IMG/VR virus record: IMGVR_UViG_3300028832_002797 | DNA length: 41,232 nt | Strand: one strand, 5' to 3' | Source of the DNA: a virus | Taxonomy: Duplodnaviria > Heunggongvirae > Uroviricota > Caudoviricetes | Part shown: positions 15,239 through 24,537 of the stretch, piece by piece | Layout: each line of letters begins with the position of its first letter | Numbering within the stretch: the stretch's first letter is position 1 | Program-made: the position numbers and the translations under genes | Notes under the pieces: generated by a model | The model's input: the letters and a program-made list of their open reading frames with translations, nothing else | Told to the model about the DNA's origin: nothing | Database searches by the model: none

Positions 15239-16312
15239 TTACGGAACGTAAAGAATAGTCGGATTATCCTTGTGCACGTCGCACATCTTCATCCAGTAGC
15301 TGTTCTTTAAGCAATGACCGTGCCAATAGAAATCGAGCATGTGTAAATCCCAGTCACTGAGCTTATCCATAACGAAAGAAGTCTTGTTCTTGTCGTTCTT
15401 GATAGTCTGATGAGGCGGAAGGAACGATTCGAATTCCTTGGCCTTGCTTAAGTAGACGTCGGTAAGTTCAAAAGTGGTATACTTGTTTTCCGGGTCGGTG
15501 AAAGTTCTCGGAAGCGGAAGAGTAATACCCTTTTCCTTACAGAAGTTGTTCCACTTTTCAGTCATAGCCTGAATGTTGAACGGCTTGGAGATGATATGCC
15601 TACCGTGTTTCGTAGGAATAATCGGAGTATGGTCCTTTTCGCACTGCATTGCATACTTATAGGCGTCTTCATGACTCATATAAGTAGAATTGATGAGAAC
15701 CTTGCACCGATTCTGAAGATTTCTTACGTACGGCTCGCATTCAAACATCATTCGTAACATATCATTCTGATACGGAAGATATTCCTCGTCGAGGTCAACA
15801 ATCCAGGTCTTGCTGTCACCAGCGTCGCAAACCTGACCTGCCGCAGAAGCGACAAGGTTATACGGAGAGCCGAAAGTACCACTCCTCAGCTGGTCGACAA
15901 TGTTCTTGAGCATTTCAATATCGACAGACTTATAAGAACGCTTGTTGAGACGGATATAAGCACGGACGTTGAAAAGCTTACACATGTCGATAATATCCGG
16001 CTTGGCCTTATCGAACGCTTCAAGAGACGGAATGAGATAGTCCTTGATAGAACGGCTGTGCATGTTACCGTGATAACGAGGATCAGAAACACCGTTCACG
16101 TGCGGGTCATCACTCTGACGACGTAAAAGCTGAACATAATAACAGTCATTAGCCGGTTCGCTATCGATGGAGTTGAAGAAAGCACGAACAGCCTTGTCAT
16201 TCTTAACTTCATCCGGTAAAGTGTTGAGAATGAGCTGGATAGCTTCAGAATACTTCTGCTTTAAAGTATCAAATGTAAGTAAGGATCGGATTTGTTCAAA
16301 ATTATCAACCAT
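15239..16312 (-). CDS. Conserved phage protein, possibly AEP/primase-polymerase-like
   Basis: WIVDLDE (hhhDhD), TKHGRH (sxH-like), DVH; assignment is tentative. Confidence 0.6.
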   Translation of the reverse strand: MVDNFEQIRSLLTFDTLKQKYSEAIQLILNTLPDEVKNDKAVRAFFNSIDSEPANDCYYVQLLRRQSDDPHVNGVSDPRYHGNMHSRSIKDYLIPSLEAFDKAKPDIIDMCKLFNVRAYIRLNKRSYKSVDIEMLKNIVDQLRSGTFGSPYNLVASAAGQVCDAGDSKTWIVDLDEEYLPYQNDMLRMMFECEPYVRNLQNRCKVLINSTYMSHEDAYKYAMQCEKDHTPIIPTKHGRHIISKPFNIQAMTEKWNNFCKEKGITLPLPRTFTDPENKYTTFELTDVYLSKAKEFESFLPPHQTIKNDKNKTSFVMDKLSDWDLHMLDFYWHGHCLKNSYWMKMCDVHKDNPTILYVP

Positions 16313-16754
16313 AGTAATAATTCTCCCTGTTTAATTCAGACTCAATCTGTTTATCGTAATAGGCCTTGTCAAGAATCTTGTTGAGGCGGTCGCGTTCCTT
16401 TTCTAGGCATTTGCTGATAACAAATAAATCCTGTTTGAATGCGTCAAAAATCTGTTTCAATATCTTTTCTTTTTCTGCTTCCGTCTTATAAGTCAAGTAG
16501 ATACGTTTATTCAATCGATATATCGAAACGCTTACGATAGGTTCATCGCCCGGCAAGACATCAATCGCGCCGAGGCAAACATCGCGAATAATATCATCAT
16601 AATAACAGTCAGGCATGAACGGTTCAATCGATACACCCTTATAGACAATATATTCGTCATAAAGAATGCTAAATTCCGGAAAATTCTTCTTGAGAAGAGT
16701 CTTAAACCTACTCTTAGAGATGATTTTTGTCTTTTTAGTAGTATCAATGTTCAT
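16305..16754 (-). CDS. Hypothetical protein
   Basis: Start moved to MNIDT, downstream of a promoter cassette. Confidence 0.6.
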   Translation of the reverse strand: MNIDTTKKTKIISKSRFKTLLKKNFPEFSILYDEYIVYKGVSIEPFMPDCYYDDIIRDVCLGAIDVLPGDEPIVSVSIYRLNKRIYLTYKTEAEKEKILKQIFDAFKQDLFVISKCLEKERDRLNKILDKAYYDKQIESELNRENYYYG

Positions 16755-16761
16755 GGTAGTT

Positions 16762-16800
16762 AATATAGTAAAAAATAACGGTCTTGTCAACCGTTATTTT
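16762..16800 (-). promoter_or_regulatory. Terminator-promoter cassette
   Basis: 11-bp stem AAAATAACGGT/ACCGTTATTTT; TTGACA-N17-TATATT. Confidence 0.85.
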
Positions 16801-17053
16801 CATGATTAATCATAAGCTTTGCATTGTTTGAAAGAATGTTATAGGCCATAGACTTAACAGCCATAGTAACGCGATATTCATCCTTAGCATCTACTTTCTT
16901 CGGGTCATAATCAGACCTAAGCTGTTTGCTATTGAATTCGAAGAATAAAATCTTATAGTTGGTATGGACTATATAGAAGTTGACGACCTGAGTATCGATA
17001 ACCCTTACGTCATGGGTCAATATAGTCGAAGTTTTCTTATAGAACCAGGACAT
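16787..17053 (-). CDS. Hypothetical protein
   Basis: 88-aa ORF in array. Confidence 0.55.
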   Translation of the reverse strand: MSWFYKKTSTILTHDVRVIDTQVVNFYIVHTNYKILFFEFNSKQLRSDYDPKKVDAKDEYRVTMAVKSMAYNILSNNAKLMINHENNG

Positions 17054-17736
17054 TATTCCCCCTTGAAGCTTTCGATAAACTTCTTCTTTTCTTCTTCAGG
17101 ATCAAGATATTCAATCTTGTCTACTTCCAGCCAGCCATCGGGTGTTTCCTTGTAAATAACTTCTTTAACACTATCCTGACCGTACTGCTTATATCCGAAC
17201 GGTTTTTCTTGGACGTTCTTCATGTTATCTACGTATTGTTCGATTGTTTCTTCTGGAAGCTCGCCGGCAGCATTTTTAAGGACATAATTTCGTACACAGT
17301 CTCTACAGAGATTCGTAATCCATCCGCCAGTAGTCCAAATGACACGCTTTCCATCTTCTGTCCGCGGTTCTTTACCGCATTCTGCACAAGTATATTTGGA
17401 AATATTTTCGGCGATATTTTCAAGGCGGTCATCGGTATGAACCGATGTATAAATCCTTAAAGTTCCAAACTTTTCTTTAATATCAGTAAAGTTAAACTGT
17501 TGCTTCTTTTCGTTATCCCAAGAATCATACAGCTTAAACAGTCTAAGCAGATAACGATTTTTCCAAAGATTTTCCCAACCACTACCATCCCAAACTTTAT
17601 AGTAGTTATTTTCGATGTTTTCCTCGTCGGTCAAATATTCATCGCTACCGTCCCCATAAAGCTTACGAATCTTCAGGAACGGGTATCTGTGTAAGAGATC
17701 CAACATATTTTCATCTGTGATGGGATATTTAGTCAT
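17053..17736 (-). CDS. Conserved phage protein with zinc-ribbon motif
   Basis: IKEKFGTLRIY, CAECGK..GWITNLCRDC; start moved to MTKYP. Confidence 0.65.
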   Translation of the reverse strand: MTKYPITDENMLDLLHRYPFLKIRKLYGDGSDEYLTDEENIENNYYKVWDGSGWENLWKNRYLLRLFKLYDSWDNEKKQQFNFTDIKEKFGTLRIYTSVHTDDRLENIAENISKYTCAECGKEPRTEDGKRVIWTTGGWITNLCRDCVRNYVLKNAAGELPEETIEQYVDNMKNVQEKPFGYKQYGQDSVKEVIYKETPDGWLEVDKIEYLDPEEEKKKFIESFKGE

Positions 17737-17743
17737 AATTTTA

Positions 17744-17779
17744 AAGATAATAAAAAATAGGGTTGTTGTCAACCCTAAA
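17744..17779 (-). promoter_or_regulatory. Terminator-promoter cassette
   Basis: Stem TAGGGTTG/CAACCCTA plus T6; TTGACA-N17-TATCTT. Confidence 0.8.
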
Positions 17780-17781
17780 TC

Positions 17782-18108
17782 TTATTCACTTGCAATTTCT
17801 GCAATTTTATCGTGTAATTCTTCGAACGTCTTAAAATCGGTTCTATCGATTACACGTTTACATCCGTCACCCAAATGGTCATGAATCATATAGAACATCG
17901 GCTTTTCCAAACCTATAACGAAACGGCGTTTAAGCAAAATCATTTCAATACGGTCATCATCGGTTTTTTCTTCCTCATAAGCATTATAACCGAAAGAATG
18001 CCTAAGTTCAAATGTTATACCAGCATTAAAAAGTTCATCAATCAAACCATGTACTTGGGTTTTAATCGGGTCTGTCCAGTTAACAATCTTTAAAGGCATA
18101 TTAGTCAC
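17782..18108 (-). CDS. Hypothetical protein
   Basis: 108-aa ORF in array. Confidence 0.55.
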   Translation of the reverse strand: MTNMPLKIVNWTDPIKTQVHGLIDELFNAGITFELRHSFGYNAYEEEKTDDDRIEMILLKRRFVIGLEKPMFYMIHDHLGDGCKRVIDRTDFKTFEELHDKIAEIASE

Positions 18109-18304
18109 CGAGAAGAGTCATTCCGCCATTGGCATTGACAAATGATACGACTTGACCGCCGCGATGGTCTGCAATCATTACATTGGCAATACCTTCAGCC
18201 GCGAGAAGTTCGATAATGACCTTGTTATACTTGCCAACCTGTTCCTGTTCCACAGCCATCTTGAGGAGGGTTGTAATCAGAGAATGTAGTTTCTTTTCTT
18301 CCAT
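18101..18304 (-). CDS. Hypothetical protein
   Basis: 67-aa ORF with AAGGAA RBS. Confidence 0.55.
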   Translation of the reverse strand: MEEKKLHSLITTLLKMAVEQEQVGKYNKVIIELLAAEGIANVMIADHRGGQVVSFVNANGGMTLLGD

Positions 18305-18330
18305 AATGTATTTCCTTTTTTAAATTTTAA

Positions 18331-18685
18331 TGGACCCGTTGGGAGTCGAACCCAAGTCTTGAATAACTTCAATATCCGTTCCTACAAGCTTTCCCTTCGA
18401 ATTTACTTATTTGTCATACCTATGCCCTGAAGGTCGGCGTCAGTATAAACTAGCCTGTGATTTTCGGAAATAATAGACAGACTTAACTATTTCCTAGCCC
18501 GTTTGCGACTGGACTCTACACTCAACGGGCGAACGGTATAGGTCCAGGGTTGCTATTGATTAAGCAGCCATTGCGTATGTATTAGCAATTATTTTTTTTC
18601 AGACTTTTTAACGTGTGTTTTCCCACGTCTGAGACCACGGCTTGCAACTAATATATTCATCACCCAATCGAAACCAGGCGAGCCC
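18331..18685 (-). ncRNA. ssrA: tmRNA, tag (A)ANTYAMAA
   Basis: Acceptor GGGCTCG/CGGGTCC-A with G3.U70; TGGTTTCGA D-loop; T-arm TTGGG-TTCGACT-CCCAA; tag frame 18560-18586 after ATAATT; no CCA encoded. Confidence 0.93.
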
Positions 18686-18692
18686 AGTATTT

Positions 18693-18700
18693 TATTTATA
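18693..18700 (-). promoter_or_regulatory. Possible T4-late-like promoter TATAAATA just upstream of tmRNA
   Basis: Overlaps the nadE stop codon, 7 nt before the tmRNA 5' end. Confidence 0.4.
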
Positions 18701-19442
18701 CTCCGAAATGTTCCAAGAAGAAGTCTGGACGCTTAGGATCAAAATGTGCAAATTTTAACATTTCAAGTTTAAACTTACCAGCATTAAACATTTTCATAAT
18801 TTTATCATAATGTTCACCGCGAATTCCTTTTCTAATAAGTTCATTAATTTCATGATAACTAAAACCAAATTTTTCTTCATCCGAAAGTGGTTGAAGTCCA
18901 TCAACTGGAACTTTATGGGTAAGTTCATAAGGTAATCCAAGGTCATCACCGATTTCAATAACTTCTTCAGTAGTCAACATATCAAGTGGTGCGAAACTGC
19001 CTGCATGGTCACCAAATAGCGTCATCCATGAAATTACATTTTCACTGCGATTTCCGGTATTAGCCATCAACCATCCATGTGTTTGGGCTGTTACCATAAT
19101 CTGATTCATTCTAATACGTGCTGGAGCATTTGTTTTTGCATCATAAGACTTGTCAGCACCAGGAACAAGGGCAAGAGATTCCTTTACAAGGGTTTCAATA
19201 TCCTGAACATCATAATCGATACCAAGATGGTCAACTAGCTTATAGGAATCAGAAATATCCTTCTGAATACCACACGGAAGTAAAACACCGTGAACATGTT
19301 CCTTACCAAGTGCAGCAACACAAATAGCCGCAACTACACTAGAATCTTTACCACCAGAAATTCCCAATACAGCATCAGTTTTACCAACGCTATCAAAGAA
19401 ATCCTTGGTCCACTTAACCACATTTTCTGTCAATTCTTTCAT
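18696..19442 (-). CDS. nadE: NH3-dependent NAD+ synthetase
   Basis: VLGISGGKDSSVVA, NAPARIRM, TGNRSE, FGDHAG, PVDGL..DEEKFGFSY; no glutaminase domain. Confidence 0.93.
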   Translation of the reverse strand: MKELTENVVKWTKDFFDSVGKTDAVLGISGGKDSSVVAAICVAALGKEHVHGVLLPCGIQKDISDSYKLVDHLGIDYDVQDIETLVKESLALVPGADKSYDAKTNAPARIRMNQIMVTAQTHGWLMANTGNRSENVISWMTLFGDHAGSFAPLDMLTTEEVIEIGDDLGLPYELTHKVPVDGLQPLSDEEKFGFSYHEINELIRKGIRGEHYDKIMKMFNAGKFKLEMLKFAHFDPKRPDFFLEHFGV

Positions 19443-19517
19443 AAATTTTCCTTATAGAATTAATTTTGTCTTTTACGTTGTTAAAGATAGAAAATTAACC
19501 TATAGTGAAATGTAAAA

Positions 19518-19670
19518 TTATTTTTTACGTTCGGTCTTCGGCTGTTCGAACCAGCGAATATTCCAAAGCTGCTTTCGAATATCCGCTAGCGTATTTCTTT
19601 CTTTAACGATTACACCTCCTACCAGTGTAACTCCCAAAACAGCCAGAAGTGCTTTTACTAATTTATTCAT
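19518..19670 (-). CDS. Small membrane protein (50 aa)
   Basis: Hand-translated MNKLVKALLAVLGVTLVGGVIVKERN...; follows the promoter at 19700-19728. Confidence 0.55.
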   Translation of the reverse strand: MNKLVKALLAVLGVTLVGGVIVKERNTLADIRKQLWNIRWFEQPKTERKK

Positions 19671-19699
19671 TTTTATACCCTTTAATTAATTCTGGCTAC

Positions 19700-19728
19700 A
19701 ATATAGTAAATTTTTCTATTTTTGTAAA
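19700..19728 (-). promoter_or_regulatory. Sigma70-like promoter TTTACA-N17-TATATT
   Basis: Consensus match. Confidence 0.8.
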
Positions 19729-20285
19729 CTATTTGTTTTCAAAAAGTTTGTAAATTTATCAGCCAGAAGTCCGGCGTCACTTCTTTGGCTGAGTTTTTCC
19801 AGAAGCGTCATTTCTTTTGGTTCCTTTTTGACGTCTTCTTCTTCATCATTGTCCGTGAGCATAAACGGATAACGGTTACTATATGCAGCGGTGGCTTCTT
19901 CACGTGCTCGACGAACATGTTCACGTTCAATATCAGTAATCAAACTGATACTGTCTCTAATATCCTCGATTTTACGTTTTGTATCGTTGAGTCGTTCGTC
20001 TATACTCTTGAGACGCGAGGGTAAAGGTCTCATAGGTTCTGCACCAAGAGACGCGACGAACTCACCAATATCATTCATGTATGCATTATAACCAGTCATA
20101 ATACCTTCTATCACCTCATTGTCTTCTTCATTGTCGGATTTTAGAGTTTCTAAATAATCCATAAATTTAGAATTGCAATTGGAATTTTTTAAATCCCCAT
20201 ACAACATTGCGTCGCCCGGGTCCTCAAAATTCTCTACATTCCAACTGTTTTGTTTAAATACTTCCATCGCTTCACGTACATTCAT
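19716..20285 (-). CDS. Hypothetical protein
   Basis: 189-aa ORF with coiled-coil-like middle. Confidence 0.6.
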   Translation of the reverse strand: MNVREAMEVFKQNSWNVENFEDPGDAMLYGDLKNSNCNSKFMDYLETLKSDNEEDNEVIEGIMTGYNAYMNDIGEFVASLGAEPMRPLPSRLKSIDERLNDTKRKIEDIRDSISLITDIEREHVRRAREEATAAYSNRYPFMLTDNDEEEDVKKEPKEMTLLEKLSQRSDAGLLADKFTNFLKTNSLQK

Positions 20286-20288
20286 TGT

Positions 20289-20825
20289 TTAATCTCCCGG
20301 AAGAGTGTCAAGTATGTTTTCAATAGTGAAATCATTTTTGATAATTTCAGGAGTCTTTCCCGACTTTATCTTTCTGACAGTATCGAAATACTTAGTTATA
20401 AGTGACTGTTTAAAGAAATTAGTGTAGCTCTCATAGATTTTACCTCCAAAAAGAGCAACTTCGTCATTACGGATTTTTGAATAAACGCTAATCTTAAAAG
20501 TAGATGCCGTAAATGCAAGATTTAACGTATAATCTCTGTTTTCAAAAATACGGTAAAGACCACGCTCGACGAGCTCAATACAATTAATACTGTACGAGGT
20601 AAAGATTTTCACGAATTCATCAACGCTTTGCTTAAACGCACGTTGAAGTTCTTCTTGCTCCTTCTTCCAATTCTCAATCCACTCTTCATAGGCATTTTTG
20701 GTCTTGACATAGGTATCATGAACGTTAATTGTATTAAGAATGGAATGTTTACTGAGATCGCCCCATACACCGTTAAACTTCTTGGAAAAGCGTTGTTCAA
20801 CTCGTGTCAGCTTGTTGTTAATCAT
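20289..20825 (-). CDS. Hypothetical protein
   Basis: 178-aa ORF after a cassette. Confidence 0.6.
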   Translation of the reverse strand: MINNKLTRVEQRFSKKFNGVWGDLSKHSILNTINVHDTYVKTKNAYEEWIENWKKEQEELQRAFKQSVDEFVKIFTSYSINCIELVERGLYRIFENRDYTLNLAFTASTFKISVYSKIRNDEVALFGGKIYESYTNFFKQSLITKYFDTVRKIKSGKTPEIIKNDFTIENILDTLPGD

Positions 20826-20831
20826 GATGCA

Positions 20832-20868
20832 AATATAAGAAATAAGTTGACTTTCGTCAACCTATTTT
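20832..20868 (-). promoter_or_regulatory. Terminator-promoter cassette
   Basis: Stem AATAGGTTGAC/GTCAACTTATT, GAAA loop; TTGACG-N17-TATATT. Confidence 0.85.
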
Positions 20869-21081
20869 TTAAATCTCCAAAATTAAATCTTCTGGAAGTT
20901 CACCATTTTCAATATCAACAATTCGTTGAGCAGTGGTTTCAGGATCTATACCAGCATTATAAAGGATGTCGATTTCTTTTTCATAGGTTTGGGCATAAAC
21001 GTCATAGTCAATCGATGTACAATAATCAAACCCTGCACAGAGTAAACCTTTGACCTTTTCAAAATATACGTCTCTATCCAT
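20869..21081 (-). CDS. Hypothetical acidic protein
   Basis: 70-aa ORF in array. Confidence 0.55.
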   Translation of the reverse strand: MDRDVYFEKVKGLLCAGFDYCTSIDYDVYAQTYEKEIDILYNAGIDPETTAQRIVDIENGELPEDLILEI

Positions 21082-21088
21082 ATCGTAC

Positions 21089-21415
21089 CTATAATGTTTT
21101 GTTAATCATTTCTTCCATTCTATAGTTATCCATGATTCTATAGGCATGTTCCAGATTTCTTGCACGCATGAAAAGTTCAAAAAACTTATGACGGTCAGGT
21201 ACGATAAGTCTGTTGTTAATAAGTTGATGTTTATCCTTCCACCACCCTTGTGCACATGCTACCATTTGGGTTTCATCCAAAGAAGTTAACCTATAATAAT
21301 CTTTCATGGAATCAGAATAGGTTAATAGCATATCATCTTTTCTATATTTGATATAAATATAATGGAATTCCTTTTCCCATCCATGGGCTTTAAGCTTCTT
21401 ACCTAATCTACTCAT
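21089..21415 (-). CDS. Hypothetical protein
   Basis: 108-aa ORF in array. Confidence 0.55.
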   Translation of the reverse strand: MSRLGKKLKAHGWEKEFHYIYIKYRKDDMLLTYSDSMKDYYRLTSLDETQMVACAQGWWKDKHQLINNRLIVPDRHKFFELFMRARNLEHAYRIMDNYRMEEMINKTL

Positions 21416-22544
21416 TTAATTCCGCCTTATCAAATGTGTGATAATCCTTAAACAGTTTCTTGAATTCGTTCTCGCGGTCCATTTCATCACAGTGAGTAAT
21501 CTCAAGGACATACTTTCCAGAACTCGGACAATTAGCAAAGTCCTTATCGATTCGCTTCTGAAGATTCTTAATGTCCAAATGACCGTACTTGAAGTCACCC
21601 TGGAACTTGTTACGATGGTTCATCAAGTCATCCTGAATATCTCCAGAAATAGTCTTGCGAGCCACTTCATCGAATCGACCAGCACCATGACGGGTCAGAT
21701 ACGGACGGGTCACATAATGAACAGTCAAATCGTTAACAAACTGTAAATCCTGTTTCGAAACCGACTTGACACCTGTGAAAGACGGAGTAGTATGAACATC
21801 CAACGGATTGTCGTTGAGCAACAGTCCTTGACCATTTTCGAAAATATATTCGTCATAACCGGCCGGAATATCGGTAACGAATCTGACATGGTTCAGCATG
21901 AACTTGCAATCTTCAATGAAATGCTTCATTAAACCATCGCTTTCCCAGATTTCCCTTTCCAGCTTACTCATTTCGTACTTGGCCATAATGCCTGTATTCG
22001 GAATGGAATCGAAATACTTAGTATTGAAATAGCTACGTACATATTTCAGGTAGGTTTCCTGGTTAGTCTGGAAATTCCTGGCGAACCTGTCGAATTCCAT
22101 GATAACGCTATTGGTATATCTGGAAACAGTTTCCCAGATACCCATACCGCAAGAGCCATGTTCCTGATGATACTTCTGACGATTCTCTTCAATAACTTGG
22201 TTTGCGATAATGTCAAACGGAGTCGTCCAACGGCAATCCTTATGCATGTATATTTCGCCCATAGACAGCTTCTGGGACAGTTTTTTATATTCCTGTACGA
22301 ACTGCATGGGATTGACAATAAAGTCCTTAGAGAAGTACGTATCAGCCCCAAAACACGTTCCAGAACCGAAGTGCTTGAAAGTATATGCCGTACCGTCCTT
22401 AACGACCGTATGACCACGCTGAGGACCGCCGTTAGTAAGGATATTCAGAACTTTTCCTTCTGCATTCTTGGTATAATAAGCAACGACGGTTCCTTTCGCC
22501 TCATCGCCCCAATTTGCGCCAATAACAATTCTTCCCTTAGCCAT
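21408..22544 (-). CDS. purA: Adenylosuccinate synthetase-like protein (phage short form)
   Basis: GANWGDEAKG, NGGPQRGHTV, GSCGMG, FENGQGLLL, TTPS.TG, YLTRHGAG. Confidence 0.85.
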   Translation of the reverse strand: MAKGRIVIGANWGDEAKGTVVAYYTKNAEGKVLNILTNGGPQRGHTVVKDGTAYTFKHFGSGTCFGADTYFSKDFIVNPMQFVQEYKKLSQKLSMGEIYMHKDCRWTTPFDIIANQVIEENRQKYHQEHGSCGMGIWETVSRYTNSVIMEFDRFARNFQTNQETYLKYVRSYFNTKYFDSIPNTGIMAKYEMSKLEREIWESDGLMKHFIEDCKFMLNHVRFVTDIPAGYDEYIFENGQGLLLNDNPLDVHTTPSFTGVKSVSKQDLQFVNDLTVHYVTRPYLTRHGAGRFDEVARKTISGDIQDDLMNHRNKFQGDFKYGHLDIKNLQKRIDKDFANCPSSGKYVLEITHCDEMDRENEFKKLFKDYHTFDKAELNE

Positions 22545-22923
22545 CTAATCCTTCCGTGGTTAAAATTAAATCGAGATGTTTTAAAGCAATCTTTACCTGG
22601 TCAACAGTTATTTCGTCATCCAAAAATTTGTTTTTTGGAATGAATGTTTGCCCGTTAATTACGAGGCAATGCGGCCTATCATAAAAAATCGGACAGCTAT
22701 AAGTTCTAAAAGTCATTTTCTTGAGGTTCAGATAACCGATAGTCCATTCACCGTTATCTACATGACTATAAACAACGTTTTCAAAACGTTGAACTTTACG
22801 TCTTTTTCTAATAGCTACGATGATACCCGCTTTGGCCCTGTTTATAAACAACTCGGGATTTTCTTTAAATTCTTTAAGTGCAGTCATGTGTTCCGGATTA
22901 TCCTCAGGAGCAAGATGTTTCAT
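22537..22923 (-). CDS. Hypothetical protein
   Basis: 128-aa ORF after a cassette. Confidence 0.55.
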   Translation of the reverse strand: MKHLAPEDNPEHMTALKEFKENPELFINRAKAGIIVAIRKRRKVQRFENVVYSHVDNGEWTIGYLNLKKMTFRTYSCPIFYDRPHCLVINGQTFIPKNKFLDDEITVDQVKIALKHLDLILTTEGLDG

Positions 22924-22929
22924 GGCTAT

Positions 22930-22965
22930 AATATAAAAAATGGATTGACTTTCGTCAACCCATTT
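22930..22965 (-). promoter_or_regulatory. Terminator-promoter cassette
   Basis: Stem AATGGGTTGAC/GTCAATCCATT, GAAA loop; TTGACG-N17-TATATT. Confidence 0.85.
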
Positions 22966-22968
22966 AAT

Positions 22969-23625
22969 TTACCACCTGTCATTGTAGCCAGTCTTATCAA
23001 CATATCTCGATAGAATATCTTGAAGTCTGTCAGAGACCGTTTTCTTTTTTTCATACGGGTCAAACGTTGTATCACCGTCATATTCATAGAAACTATCTGT
23101 CTCTAACTCAGGTTCTTTATCAGGTTCTTCTTCGTTTTCTGTACCCCATGAAATACAACCGTCTTTTGTCCATAAAGGTTCTTCCGGTTTAACTTCAGGC
23201 TGTTTGTCTTCCTTTGGAGCTTCAACCTCCCAACTAATGACATTTACATCATTCGTCGTATCTTCAGAACCAAATAGACTTTCAAACATATCGGGGTCCA
23301 TTACATGAAGTTTATTATGCTTTGCTTTTACTAACCACGTTCCCTTTTTCCATTCTACCCAGGTATCGTTATAAATTTTAACTTCTGGAAAAACTTTCAA
23401 TTCATAACGAGACCAACGGCCATTAGGAACTTCGACTTGTTTTTTATTAATTCTGTAATAACCGCTAAACGTAGCATTTATTTCAGGATCCATAAAATTA
23501 AAATCGTCGCCATAAAAAATGGCCTTCACGTTAGAAGACCATATTTTTAAGGTTTTGCCACAAATCTTATGGTTAGTATCAGAATTGCCCAAATTGGAAT
23601 CTAAGATACCAGCCCATGGATTCAT
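22969..23625 (-). CDS. Hypothetical protein with acidic C-terminal region
   Basis: 218-aa ORF in array. Confidence 0.6.
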   Translation of the reverse strand: MNPWAGILDSNLGNSDTNHKICGKTLKIWSSNVKAIFYGDDFNFMDPEINATFSGYYRINKKQVEVPNGRWSRYELKVFPEVKIYNDTWVEWKKGTWLVKAKHNKLHVMDPDMFESLFGSEDTTNDVNVISWEVEAPKEDKQPEVKPEEPLWTKDGCISWGTENEEEPDKEPELETDSFYEYDGDTTFDPYEKKKTVSDRLQDILSRYVDKTGYNDRW

Positions 23626-23632
23626 GTATTAC

Positions 23633-24523
23633 CTACCAGCGAATGGAGCCATCTTCGGTAGTCTTAACATCTTCGTTAAGAACCGGAGTACCACCGTTAC
23701 GACCGTCAATCGATTCGGCAATGCAAGCTTCGATTACGTTCGGCAAGGCTTCAATAGTAGCAACCTTGGAACGAGGACCGAGCAACTGACCGAAGGAATT
23801 TTCGATACGTCCCTTGTAGCTGCTGTAGCTTGTTGCATAATCATCCACGGAAATGTGGAAAATATCGAACTTCTTGCTTGCTTCCGCATAAAGCTTCTTA
23901 GTATCGACATCACCCTGAACCTTAGCTTCTTCGCCGAGGAAACGTTCAACCTTATGACGAGGAAGTGTCGGATTCAACGGTTCATCACCCATAGTGATGA
24001 TAATACCCTTTCGACCCTGCTTTTCAAAGCAATCAAGCTTTGTCTGCTTAAGACCGAAGAGCCATGCCGCAGAATACGATTCGTAAGCATTACCGCCACC
24101 GCCGTGTTCCATATAAATCTTATCGATTGCCTTGGCAATACGAACGTCAGATTCAAACTGGGAAACCTGGAGAGGTGCGTCATCGCATTCGAGGTCACCA
24201 ATACCCATAATCATGAATTCGATGTCGTCCTTCTTATGTTCCTTCAAGAGGTTAATCATAATCGGGCCGAGTGCTTCTGCCGTACGCTGGCATGCAGAAC
24301 CCATAGAACCGGTCACGTCAAGAGCAAGAATAACCGGCAAAGTATTCGGATGTTCCTTGCTATTGGCACATTCACGGATAACGTTCTTCGGAGACATGGA
24401 TTCATCCATGCGAGTTTCCTTAAACACCTGACCGTGAGTAACATAACCGCTGCTGTCTACCGACTTTCCGACGCTACAGGAATAGCTACGGAAAGAGCTC
24501 ATATCAAAACTTCCGCCACCCAT
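23633..24523 (-). CDS. von Willebrand factor A domain protein
   Basis: VILALDVTGSMG (DxTGS MIDAS variant), GGGGNAYESY, ITMGDEP. Confidence 0.8.
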   Translation of the reverse strand: MGGGSFDMSSFRSYSCSVGKSVDSSGYVTHGQVFKETRMDESMSPKNVIRECANSKEHPNTLPVILALDVTGSMGSACQRTAEALGPIMINLLKEHKKDDIEFMIMGIGDLECDDAPLQVSQFESDVRIAKAIDKIYMEHGGGGNAYESYSAAWLFGLKQTKLDCFEKQGRKGIIITMGDEPLNPTLPRHKVERFLGEEAKVQGDVDTKKLYAEASKKFDIFHISVDDYATSYSSYKGRIENSFGQLLGPRSKVATIEALPNVIEACIAESIDGRNGGTPVLNEDVKTTEDGSIRW

Positions 24524-24537
24524 TGTGGACCTCCTTA

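Noticed and set aside
21352-21359. Plus-strand TATAAATA inside a minus-strand gene
   Set aside because: No plus-strand gene follows; consistent with a chance 8-mer in AT-rich DNA
21408-22544. PurZ (2-aminoadenine DNA pathway)
   Set aside because: Motif is GDEAKG with the catalytic Asp of PurA, not the Ser of canonical PurZ; no datZ/mazZ seen nearby. A PurZ0-like variant cannot be excluded without phylogeny
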